A stretch of DNA of 64,000 nucleotides. It comes from Gemmatimonadales bacterium (GTDB lineage Bacteria; Gemmatimonadota; Gemmatimonadetes; Gemmatimonadales; GWC2-71-9). The position numbers and the translations under genes are program-made. The notes beneath the pieces were generated by a model, which had not been told where the DNA came from, made no database searches, and was given only the letters and a program-made list of their open reading frames with translations. The stretch is from positions 1-64,000 of the forward strand of contig JBFGJG010000017.1 of assembly GCA_041577295.1 (NCBI GenBank). Direction: 5' to 3'. Shown here one piece after another: positions 27,428 to 36,421 of the stretch. The stretch's first letter is position 1. Each line of letters begins with the position of its first letter.

Positions 27428-29103
27428 GCGGCTACCTCCGTTGTTGCCTTTGCGGGCAAGAGCACGACAAAGGTCGTCCCCTGCTCCGGGGTCGAGTCGA
27501 CCCACACGTATCCTCTATGTGCCTGGACGGCGCGTTGCACAATCGCCAACCCGAGCCCCGAACCACCCACGCGCCCCGTTACGAACGGATCGAACAGCCG
27601 CTGGCGGATCTCCTGTGGGATTCCAGGTCCGTCATCGACCACGCGCAGATACACCGCCTCGTCGAGCGCCACCCCCAGCGGCAGATCGTCTCGACGAGCT
27701 GGCCGCACTTCGATGGTGATCCGCGCTTTTCCTTTGCAAGCCTGCACTGCGTTGAGCACCAGGTTTACCACGATGCGGTGCAGCAGATCCTCGTCGCCTT
27801 CCAATCCCGCAGCGGCAATCTCGAGCTGAATGTCCGTTTCGGCAGAGCAGTCGGGGTGGTTGCGAACCACGTCCACCGCTGTGCGGGTGATCGCACCCAA
27901 GTCCACCGGGTGCGATTCCGTTACCTGGACTCGGGAGAAATCGAGAAACTCGCTGAGCAGGCGGGATAATCGATCGCTCTCCCGGACCACCAGCTGGGCG
28001 AGGGCGCGCTCGTCTGGACTCGTCTGCGCGGAGCGAGAAAGCTGCTCGACGGAGGACCGGATCGAAGCCAGCGGGTTTTTGATTTCATGCGCCAGGGATG
28101 CTGACAGCTCAGCCACTGCTTCGAGCCGTTCGGTTCGCAGGTGGAGCTCGTCGAGTCGCTTTTGCTGGGAGATGTCCGTGAAAATGGCGGTGACCGACGG
28201 GGCGTGCCCGGCTCCAACATCCAGCGCCATCGTGGTAAAACCGATCGGTCGCCGCCGATCCAAGAGATGCACACTCCCCTCCGATCGAAACACGCGATAG
28301 CCCGTGCGCTGCGTCGTCTCCATGGCCCGTTTGAGCTCCGGCGCACGGTCCTCCAGCAGATCGATGAATGCCGTTCCCTCCGTGACGTAGTCCGGCAGGC
28401 CCAACAGTTCGCGGGCTGCGGGGTTGGCGTACGCGAGGTTGCCATTGGCGTCCACCGTGAGGATCCCGCTGCGAATGTTTTGGAGAATGTCGCTGGCTTC
28501 GAGCTTTAGGCGTTGCACCTCCTCCTGAAGCTCAGCGTGCCTTGCTCCGACCACCTGCACACGACTCACGATCAACGCGATCACGACGAACACGGCCAGC
28601 AGCACCGCGATCTGGATCCACACACCTAGTGACAGTTGAACCGGGTACCACCACACGATATCCGCGAGATACAGCAAACTCGCCAGGCTCGTGACGAGCA
28701 GGCTTGGCGCGAGCGGCATGAGGACGGCATAGACCGCAACCACGGGTACGTAGAGCGCGGGGAACTGGCTGGCGGGTCCTTGCATGACGTGCACAACTGT
28801 CGTGACCAGACCCAGGTCGAACATCGCTTGCGCGTACAGGAATGGGAGTGACGCGGTGCGCTGCCGAATATGAGTGTGCCAGATTGAGATCCCGCTGAAG
28901 ATGACACTCGCAAGCGCGGCGGTGGCCAGCGTGAGGATGGTAGCCGGAGGCACCGTCTGGAACGACCAGCCGGCCGCAACGAACACGACGAGCGCAACGG
29001 CGATCCGACCGACGTAGATCCAACGCAACAAGCCGGTCGCTGACGGAACGCCGGCTAAGAACGGGCGCCGGCGTCCGCGTTGACTACCTCCAAGTCCAGG
29101 CAT
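27424..29103 (-). CDS. pilS: Multi-TM PAS sensor kinase PilS
   Basis: ~6 TMs, PAS, AHEIKNPL, GSGLGL; position downstream of pilC. Start moved to ATG 29103. Confidence 0.82.
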   Translation of the reverse strand: MPGLGGSQRGRRRPFLAGVPSATGLLRWIYVGRIAVALVVFVAAGWSFQTVPPATILTLATAALASVIFSGISIWHTHIRQRTASLPFLYAQAMFDLGLVTTVVHVMQGPASQFPALYVPVVAVYAVLMPLAPSLLVTSLASLLYLADIVWWYPVQLSLGVWIQIAVLLAVFVVIALIVSRVQVVGARHAELQEEVQRLKLEASDILQNIRSGILTVDANGNLAYANPAARELLGLPDYVTEGTAFIDLLEDRAPELKRAMETTQRTGYRVFRSEGSVHLLDRRRPIGFTTMALDVGAGHAPSVTAIFTDISQQKRLDELHLRTERLEAVAELSASLAHEIKNPLASIRSSVEQLSRSAQTSPDERALAQLVVRESDRLSRLLSEFLDFSRVQVTESHPVDLGAITRTAVDVVRNHPDCSAETDIQLEIAAAGLEGDEDLLHRIVVNLVLNAVQACKGKARITIEVRPARRDDLPLGVALDEAVYLRVVDDGPGIPQEIRQRLFDPFVTGRVGGSGLGLAIVQRAVQAHRGYVWVDSTPEQGTTFVVLLPAKATTEVAA

Positions 29104-29212
29104 GGCTGCGTAGTATCTGGGGCCATCTGGCAAAATGCAAGACTCCGGATTTGCGTTGATCCGGAGCGCCTTCGGGAGGGTTGAGCTTCGGGGACTGTCT
29201 GATTCCGCAGCC

Positions 29213-29728
29213 TCAGTCTCGAACGATCGCGTAGAGAAACTCGTCAAGGACGTGTTGCTCCTTGACGGCCGCCTTCCGGCAGCGGCCTTCGAGGCGGAAT
29301 CCGGCCTTGTCGAGGACACGTTGCGAGGACGTGTTTCCCTCGAAGACTCGGGCGGCGATTCTGCAGAGGTCGAAAGTCGCAAATGCGTACTCCGTAAATG
29401 CTTGCACAGCCTCCGTCATGATACCGCGACCCCAGAACGGTTCGCCGAGCCAGTACCCCAACTCGGCCGTACGACGGTAGACGTCCTGTCCCAGACGAAG
29501 TCCGATGCCACCCACCGCGTCGTTTTGGACCTCGATGGCGAGCTGCGTGGGTGGCGACGTCGATGTCGCGGTCTGAATCCACCGGTCGGCGTGAGCGGCG
29601 GAGTACGGATGAGGAAACGTGTCCCGGAGCGTCCGCCAGACGTTGTAGTTGTTGGCGTAGCGAACCAAAGACGTCGCGTCCTCTGGGCGCCAGTTGCGGA
29701 TCGTGCATCGCGACAGGACCAGATGCAC
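29213..29728 (-). CDS. GNAT N-acetyltransferase (RimJ/RimL family)
   Basis: FPHPY, AELGYWLGEPFWGRGIMTEAV, N.SS.RVL.KAGF. Confidence 0.88.
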   Translation of the reverse strand: MHLVLSRCTIRNWRPEDATSLVRYANNYNVWRTLRDTFPHPYSAAHADRWIQTATSTSPPTQLAIEVQNDAVGGIGLRLGQDVYRRTAELGYWLGEPFWGRGIMTEAVQAFTEYAFATFDLCRIAARVFEGNTSSQRVLDKAGFRLEGRCRKAAVKEQHVLDEFLYAIVRD

Positions 29729-29982
29729 GGTTACCGCGCCGACTGTGGATCAAGGCCTGTAATTGTTCTTCCTATAGCAGGCATCGCGTTGTGCTTTGGG
29801 TCACAATGCCGATCCTCGGGTAGGGACACACGCTGGTGGCAGCGCCATCGCTGCGCGGTCATCAGGTGATCACGCAAGGCAAAGCGCGAGCTGGTGGACC
29901 GTTCATGGTATCGTGGACCGGGTTCGATCTCTGCCGTGATCTGGACGGTGCAGCTACGGGCCGTCAATCGGCGGAAGAGTGG

Positions 29983-30435
29983 TCACGATAGATGTTTGAC
30001 CATCACGACGGCGGACGCTGGGCAGATCTCCCGAAACTCGACGGACGTCTTGACGAGTTCTGGGACATCATCCCGCCCAATACGCACGAATCCAAACCGT
30101 GGAAACCACTGCTCCGCGGTGGTTGTGAGGAGGAAGATGTCGCGTACCAGATCCGCAGCAGCCTTTTCGAGCAATCGCTCAACCAGCAGGTGTCCCACGC
30201 CCAACCCGCGGAGGTCGTCCGTGACCGCGGCCGATCGGAGCAATGCGTCGGAGCCGTAGCGCTCGAGCCCAACGGACCCGACGAGCCGCGAATCGTGAAA
30301 CGCCACAAGGAAGTTCTCCAACACCTCGACCACTCCCTTGGTGGAGAGTCCGGCGTCGGTCAACAGTTGCCGGAGCGGTGCGACGTCGGCGGGCGTCGCC
30401 CCTCGCACAACCACTTCACGCGGATCAGCATGCAT
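29983..30435 (-). CDS. GNAT N-acetyltransferase, ArsN2-like
   Basis: GLERYG..ALLRS.AV, RGLGVG, LLTTTA, S.EF...CPASA..M. Start moved to ATG 30435. Confidence 0.8.
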   Translation of the reverse strand: MHADPREVVVRGATPADVAPLRQLLTDAGLSTKGVVEVLENFLVAFHDSRLVGSVGLERYGSDALLRSAAVTDDLRGLGVGHLLVERLLEKAAADLVRDIFLLTTTAEQWFPRFGFVRIGRDDVPELVKTSVEFREICPASAVVMVKHLS

Positions 30436-30549
30436 ATAGCTGGGTGCCCTCCTCGATTCTCTTTGCGCCTGGCCGGCCACCCCTCTCACCGCAAGGTGAC
30501 AGAGCCCGGCCCGCTTGAGAAGGGTCGTCCACGACGAGCCCTCAATGCA

Positions 30550-30579
30550 CGACGGCCCCACCGTGAGGAGGGGCCGTCG
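30550..30579 (-). terminator. Hairpin after pilC
   Basis: CGACGGCCCC-N10-GGGGCCGTCG, no U-tract. Confidence 0.5.
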
Positions 30580-30619
30580 AAGCTGTCCCTGGACAAAGGC
30601 GAGGTTGCGCTTTCCTAGC

Positions 30620-31813
30620 CTACCCTTGCACGGCGTTAATCATGTCGAAGATCGGTAGATACATCGCCACGATCATACCACCCACAACGACGCCCAGAAC
30701 GACGATCATGACCGGTTCCATTAGGGAGAGCAGCGCGCTCACGGCCGCATCGACTTCGTCGTCGTAGAAGTCGGCGATCTTCGAGAGCATTTCGTCCAGG
30801 CCGCCAGTGGCCTCACCGACCGCGATCATCGAGGTCACCATGGGTGGGAAGACGCCCGACGATTCCAGCGGTCCGGAAATCGTCTCACCACCGGCGATCG
30901 AACCGCGTGACTCCATGACGGCATCGTGGACGACGCGATTCCCCGCGGTGCGTGCGGTGATCTCCAAGCCATCGAGAATTGCGACACCCGACGAGAGCAG
31001 GGTACCCAGCGTCCGAGTGAAACGTGAGATCGCAGACTTGCGCAGGAGGTCTCCGAGCACCGGGACGCGCAGGAGGAACTTGTCGATATTGAGCCGGCCA
31101 TTTTCGGTGTTGTAGTACGACCGGATGGCAAACCCAAGCGCCACGGCCCCGGCGATCATCGCCCACCACCACCCCTGTAACAGCTCACTCAGACCGATCA
31201 CGACCCGAGTAGGAAGGGGGAGCTCGAGGTTCACCGAGGCAAACATCTGTTGGAACGTCGGAATGACGAAGACTAGCAGCACCACGATGGCGACGACCGC
31301 GACCGTGAGGATGACGGCGGGATAGATCATCGCGCCCTTCACCTTCCGAATGATCGCGTCGTTCTTTTCCAAAAAGGTGGCCAAGCGCAGCAGAATCGTG
31401 TCCAGAATACCCCCTGCCTCACCCGCGGCTACCATGTTGACGTAGAGCTGGGTGAACGCGTTTCGGTGCTTATCGAGCGCGTCGGCAAGGGTGTTACCGC
31501 TCTCGACATCGTACACGACCTGACGCGTGACCTCGGCGAGCGCTTTGTTTTCGGTCTGCTGGGCCAGAATGTCGAGAGACTGTACCAACGGCAGCCCCGA
31601 ATTGATCATCGTGGCGAATTGCCGCGTGAAGATCACGACATCCCGGGTGGGAATGCGACGCGCGCGCTTCTTTCGGGACTGCTCCCGCACCCGCACGATC
31701 CGCATGTTGTTCCGCCGGAGATGCTGGCGTACGTCTTCGAGGCTTGGAAGATCGAGGGTACCGCTCTGTGTGTCCCCCGACAGCGTACGCGCCGTGTATT
31801 CAAAAACTGGCAT
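30620..31813 (-). CDS. pilC: Type IV pilus platform protein PilC
   Basis: FTRQFATMI.SGLPL, GEAGG.LD, AMIYP, GEATGGLD, AMYLPIF. Confidence 0.96.
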   Translation of the reverse strand: MPVFEYTARTLSGDTQSGTLDLPSLEDVRQHLRRNNMRIVRVREQSRKKRARRIPTRDVVIFTRQFATMINSGLPLVQSLDILAQQTENKALAEVTRQVVYDVESGNTLADALDKHRNAFTQLYVNMVAAGEAGGILDTILLRLATFLEKNDAIIRKVKGAMIYPAVILTVAVVAIVVLLVFVIPTFQQMFASVNLELPLPTRVVIGLSELLQGWWWAMIAGAVALGFAIRSYYNTENGRLNIDKFLLRVPVLGDLLRKSAISRFTRTLGTLLSSGVAILDGLEITARTAGNRVVHDAVMESRGSIAGGETISGPLESSGVFPPMVTSMIAVGEATGGLDEMLSKIADFYDDEVDAAVSALLSLMEPVMIVVLGVVVGGMIVAMYLPIFDMINAVQG

Positions 31814-31832
31814 GGCTCAACTCCGAGTGGTT

Positions 31833-32984
31833 TTACCCGCGCCCGGCGTATACGCGACCAGAGGAGGATTCCTCCCCACCGGGCTCTCCAATCATACGTA
31901 GCAACTCGTTCTGATCCTGCGCCACCCGCATACACTCTTCGAGGGTGACTTCCCGTTGCATGTACAGCCGGTACAGGTCATCCGCCAGCGTCTGCATCCC
32001 GTGCTTCTTCCCAGCCTGCAGGGTCGAGTAGATCTGGTGGACCTTATCATCGCGAATCAGCGCTCGGATGGCCGGCGTTGCGACCATGACCTCGGCCGCC
32101 ATGACCCGCCCTTTGCCAGCTGAGCGTTGTAGTAGCGACTGGGTAATGACCCCTTCCAACACAAACGCGAGCTGGGCACGGACCTGAGATTGCTGATGCG
32201 CCGGAAAGACGTCGATGATTCGGTTGATAGTCTCGGCGGCCGAGTTGGTATGCAGGGTGGCCAGCGCTAGATGGCCCGTCTCCGCAATGGTCAAAGCCGC
32301 CTGAATCGTTTCCAGATCCCGCATTTCGCCAATGAGAACCACGTCGGGGTCTTGACGCAGTGCGTACTTGAGCGCGCTCGAGAACGTCTTCGTATCGGTT
32401 CCCACCTCACGCTGGTTGATGATGCAGCGCTGATGTCGATGAATGAACTCAATGGGATCCTCTACCGTGATGATATGGCCCTGCCGGGTCTTGTTGATCT
32501 TGTCGATCATCGCGGCAAGCGTGGTAGACTTACCGGACCCAGTCGGTCCCGTTACGAGCACGAGCCCCCGCGGACGGTCGGCGAGCTTCTTCAGCACGGC
32601 CGGGAGCCCCAACTCTTCGAACGTCTTCACGGTAAACGGGATCTGCCGAATCACCATCGATACGCAGCCGCGCTGCTTGAAGCAGTTGCCACGAAAGCGG
32701 GACAGATTCTGGATTCCGAACGAGAAGTCCAGCTCATCCTCCGTTTCGAACCGCTTTTTCTGGTTCTCGGTCAAGACCGAGTACGCCAGCTGCAGCGTGT
32801 CTTTTGGTGTCAGCTGCCGTTCGACACGCGAACTGGTGATCTCACCGTCAATCCGGATTTTCGGACACTCACCGGCGGTGATGTGCAGGTCCGAAGCCTC
32901 CCGCTCGATAACTTCCTCGAGCAGCGACCGGAGATTGATTGGAACGGCACTGCCTTCGCCGTGAGCTGCCCCACTCGCATCCAT
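31833..32984 (-). CDS. pilT: Retraction ATPase PilT
   Basis: GPTGSGKST, EDPIEF, GEMRD, AETGH, AIRALIR. Confidence 0.96.
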   Translation of the reverse strand: MDASGAAHGEGSAVPINLRSLLEEVIEREASDLHITAGECPKIRIDGEITSSRVERQLTPKDTLQLAYSVLTENQKKRFETEDELDFSFGIQNLSRFRGNCFKQRGCVSMVIRQIPFTVKTFEELGLPAVLKKLADRPRGLVLVTGPTGSGKSTTLAAMIDKINKTRQGHIITVEDPIEFIHRHQRCIINQREVGTDTKTFSSALKYALRQDPDVVLIGEMRDLETIQAALTIAETGHLALATLHTNSAAETINRIIDVFPAHQQSQVRAQLAFVLEGVITQSLLQRSAGKGRVMAAEVMVATPAIRALIRDDKVHQIYSTLQAGKKHGMQTLADDLYRLYMQREVTLEECMRVAQDQNELLRMIGEPGGEESSSGRVYAGRG

Positions 32985-33022
32985 AGTTTTTGCCTGCCGT
33001 AGTTAGGAGACCCTGCGATTGA

Positions 33023-34732
33023 TCACCCGGCCGTCTCCTTGACGACCTCTTCCAAAGTCGTGACGCCTTTCTTGATCTTCATGATCCCATCCACCCTGAG
33101 CGTCAGCATCCCTTCTTCCACGGCCTGCTCGCTCAGATCCGCCGACGATGCACCCCTGAGGATCATGCGTCTGATCTCTGGCGACAGGGGCATGATTTCG
33201 TAGAGCCCTTGGCGTCCTTTGTAGCCGGTGCCTCCACAAATATCGCACCCGCTGCCCCTATAAAATGTGATGCCCTTGGCATCTTCCTGCGTCAGACCGA
33301 GCGCAGCGAGCTCGTCATCCGAGTATCGGTACTCGTCTTTACAATCTGCACAGATCCTGCGCACGAGCCGCTGTGCGACGATGAGGTTCACCGCGCTCGC
33401 CACGTTGAACGGCTCGATACCCATGTCGATCATTCGCGTAATTGTGGATGCCGCGTCGTTCGTGTGCAGGGTCGACAGCACCAAGTGACCTGTGAGCGCG
33501 GCCTTGATCGCGATGCTGCCCGTCTCCAGGTCTCGAATCTCACCCACCATGATGATGTTGGGATCCTGGCGGAGAAACGCTTTCAGCGCCGCGGCGAACG
33601 TCATGCCGATCTCAGACCGAACCTGCACCTGATTGATCCCGTGGAGGTTGTACTCCACCGGATCCTCCGCCGTCATGATGTTGACCTCTTCGGTGTTGAT
33701 GCGAGACAGGGCAGAGTACAACGTCGTCGTCTTGCCTGACCCGGTCGGCCCCGTAACCAGCACCATCCCGTAGGGGTTCAGAATGGCGCGCAGCAGATCC
33801 TTCTCCGCCTTCGGCTCGAACCCAAACTTTTGGAGATCGAGGGTGAGGTTGCCTTTGTCGAGGATCCGTAACACGATCTTTTCGCCGAAGATCACAGGGA
33901 GGGTCGACACCCGGAAATCGATGACGCGTCGCCCCATCTTGAGTTTGATGCGTCCGTCCTGCGGCACTCGCCGCTCTGCAATGTTGAGCGACGACATGAT
34001 CTTCACCCGACTGGTGAGCGCCGCCCGCAGCTTCACCGGCGGCTTCATGATCTCCTGCAGCGCTCCGTCCACGCGGTAACGAACCCGGAGTTCCTTTTCA
34101 AACGGCTCAATGTGAATGTCGCTGGCCCCCCGTTTGACCGCATCGGTGAGGATGCCGTTGATGAGCTTAACCACGGGGGCGTCGTCCGCCGACTGCAGGC
34201 CGACGACCTCGTCCTCGTCCTTCTCCTCGAGGATTTCGAGGTCCTCTTCCTCTTCAATGTCTTTGAGCAGCGTTTGGAGCTGCGCATCAGTCTGTTCGTA
34301 ATACCGCTCGATCGCGTTGCGCAGCGTATACTCGCCCGCAATGACGGGAAAGATGTCGTACCGGGTGATGAACTTGAGGTCGTCCACCACGGTGACATTG
34401 GTGGGATCCGCCATGGCCACGGTCAGCGTCCGCCCTTCCCGCTTGAGCGGCAGGACCGTGTGTTTTACGGCGACGTCCGGAGGTATGAGCTTGGCGATCT
34501 TCGGGTCGACTTCAAATCGCGCGAGGTCAACGGCTGGCATCCGGTACTGGCGCGCCAGCATCTTGGTAATCTCGGTCTCTTGGACAAGACCGAGCTTGAC
34601 CAGCACGTAACCCAGACGCTGGCCCGTACTTCGTTGCTCTTGCAGTGCGTGCTCGAGCTGCTCCTTCGTGATAAGCCCATCACGAACGAGCAGCTCGCCC
34701 AAGCGTTCCGCGCTTGCCGCGGCTGTGGCCAT
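33023..34732 (-). CDS. pilB: Extension ATPase PilB
   Basis: MshEN-like RLGELL/RLGYVL, Walker A GPTGSGKT, CxxC...CxxC zinc motif. Confidence 0.96.
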   Translation of the reverse strand: MATAAASAERLGELLVRDGLITKEQLEHALQEQRSTGQRLGYVLVKLGLVQETEITKMLARQYRMPAVDLARFEVDPKIAKLIPPDVAVKHTVLPLKREGRTLTVAMADPTNVTVVDDLKFITRYDIFPVIAGEYTLRNAIERYYEQTDAQLQTLLKDIEEEEDLEILEEKDEDEVVGLQSADDAPVVKLINGILTDAVKRGASDIHIEPFEKELRVRYRVDGALQEIMKPPVKLRAALTSRVKIMSSLNIAERRVPQDGRIKLKMGRRVIDFRVSTLPVIFGEKIVLRILDKGNLTLDLQKFGFEPKAEKDLLRAILNPYGMVLVTGPTGSGKTTTLYSALSRINTEEVNIMTAEDPVEYNLHGINQVQVRSEIGMTFAAALKAFLRQDPNIIMVGEIRDLETGSIAIKAALTGHLVLSTLHTNDAASTITRMIDMGIEPFNVASAVNLIVAQRLVRRICADCKDEYRYSDDELAALGLTQEDAKGITFYRGSGCDICGGTGYKGRQGLYEIMPLSPEIRRMILRGASSADLSEQAVEEGMLTLRVDGIMKIKKGVTTLEEVVKETAG

Positions 34733-34819
34733 CGAGTTGTGTCCCCTACCCGTGGAAATCGCCCAACTTATTGAATGTCAACGTTATAAGCGCATAAAGT
34801 ACTGGAGCCCGTTGGGGTG

Positions 34820-35437
34820 TCAAGGTAAGATCACACGCCCGCGAAGCCGCGCGATCGTACCTGGACCGATCCCTCGAACCCTGGTGAGATCTTCCAACCG
34901 TTGGTAGGGCCCCCGGCGCCGTCGGTCCTCTAGGATGGATTGGGCGCGCGTTGGACCGATCCCGGGAAGCTGGGCCAGCTCATCAGCGCTCGCTGTGTTC
35001 AAACGCACAACCCTCGCGCCACCCAGTTGCGGTACGACGGATGCCTTACCCGTGAAAGATGCGTGGGGCTGCAACGCAGCGACCGTCGTCGGGCCGACGC
35101 CCGGCACGCTGTCCAGTGCCGACAGGGAGCCGAATGGTCCGTAGCGGTCCCGGTACGCCACGATCCGAGCGGCAAGCGCGGGTCCGATGCGCGGTAGCCG
35201 TACGAGCTCGTCCGCCGGCGCTCGATCGAGATCGACCGTTTCCCCCGGCGCCAGCGGGCGGGCGAAACGTTCCGCCCGCGACGCCACCGAGTCGCGACCC
35301 GGCCGCTCCTGCCACGATTGCTCGTATGCCACCTCCCCCGCCGGTACGTCCCCGCCACCGACGAAACGGACAACCAGCCCAACCGCAGCCAGGACCAGCA
35401 GACCCACCGCTGCGCGGCGTTCTTCAGATGCGCGCAC
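34820..35437 (-). CDS. comEA: ComEA-like helix-hairpin-helix DNA-binding protein
   Basis: N-terminal TM, two HhH pairs (LPRIGP..A.RIV.YR...GPF; LPGIGP..A...VRGIGP). Confidence 0.8.
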   Translation of the reverse strand: MRASEERRAAVGLLVLAAVGLVVRFVGGGDVPAGEVAYEQSWQERPGRDSVASRAERFARPLAPGETVDLDRAPADELVRLPRIGPALAARIVAYRDRYGPFGSLSALDSVPGVGPTTVAALQPHASFTGKASVVPQLGGARVVRLNTASADELAQLPGIGPTRAQSILEDRRRRGPYQRLEDLTRVRGIGPGTIARLRGRVILP

Positions 35438-35533
35438 GTCCGACGATGTCGTGAGAACTTGGGCGAGCGAGAGGACGATTAACGCACCCGGGGTCCGTCT
35501 TACGCGGACCGTGGTTGGACAGGATCCACAAAC

Positions 35534-36421
35534 CTACCGCAGGAGCGCGATGGCAACGTCGCCAACCGCCTGTAGGCTCTCTGCACTGACCTTGTCCAGC
35601 GTATCCTCGGTGGTGTGCCAGTACTTGTAGTCGAGGTCGATCACGTCGATGGCACGGATGCCCACCTCGAGCAACGGGATGTGATCGTCGGTCACCGTGT
35701 ACACTTCTTCATCACGGAACACGTTGCCCCGTCCGATCTCTCGCGCCGTACGCCATACCCGATCCACCACCTCCGGGGCTCCGCTCACCGAGTTTCCCTC
35801 TTTGAAGATCTCGAGGTCACGGTCACCAATCATGTCCCAGACGACGGCGAAGAGCGGTTTCCGAGCATCGCCAACTTGCGACGCATAGTAGCGGGATCCG
35901 AGGAGCACGTCCCGTCCAACACCGAAGTCACCGTAGTCCTCACCGTCGAACAACACGATGTCGACGCCCAGGGTGGACGGCCGCCGTTGTAATACATCGG
36001 CAACGCCTAGCAGGAGCGCCACGCCGGAGGCCCCGTCATTCGCTCCTGGTACGGGCCGCTGCTGCTCTCCGAGGTTCGCGCTGCGGTCCGCCTTTGGCCG
36101 GGTATCCCAGTGGGCGGCGTAGAGTACACGGTCGGTGAGATCGGGTCGAAACCGCGCGATGATATTCCGAAGTTCCAGGGTGTCACCATCGACGGTGACG
36201 TGCAGGAAGGTCTGTTCCTCCACGGTGTCGGCTCGGGCGCGGAACTCGGCGACAAGCCAATCCCCAGTGGCGCGGTGCGCTTCCGTTCCCGGAACCCGTG
36301 GTCCAAACGCCAGCTGGCGCTCGACGTAACCGAGGGTGACGACGCCGTCGAACTCCCGTGCAGTCGTCCCGGCACCACATCCGACGGCGATCAACACCAA
36401 CGTTACGAACGCTCTGGTCAT
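35534..36421 (-). CDS. M28-family zinc enzyme lipoprotein, glutaminyl cyclase-like
   Basis: Lipobox AVGC, AHWDTR, GANDGASG, FDGED, DMIG, DDHIP, WHT..D. Confidence 0.82.
   Translation of the reverse strand: MTRAFVTLVLIAVGCGAGTTAREFDGVVTLGYVERQLAFGPRVPGTEAHRATGDWLVAEFRARADTVEEQTFLHVTVDGDTLELRNIIARFRPDLTDRVLYAAHWDTRPKADRSANLGEQQRPVPGANDGASGVALLLGVADVLQRRPSTLGVDIVLFDGEDYGDFGVGRDVLLGSRYYASQVGDARKPLFAVVWDMIGDRDLEIFKEGNSVSGAPEVVDRVWRTAREIGRGNVFRDEEVYTVTDDHIPLLEVGIRAIDVIDLDYKYWHTTEDTLDKVSAESLQAVGDVAIALLR

Noticed and set aside
29731..29967. 78-aa minus-strand ORF between the GNAT genes
   Set aside because: No RBS or motif; cannot be supported.
29983..30435. Arsenic resistance operon
   Set aside because: Only an ArsN2-like GNAT; no arsR, arsC or acr3 nearby.
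34776..34781. TTGACA upstream of pilB as a promoter
   Set aside because: No acceptable -10 box at 16-18 nt spacing.
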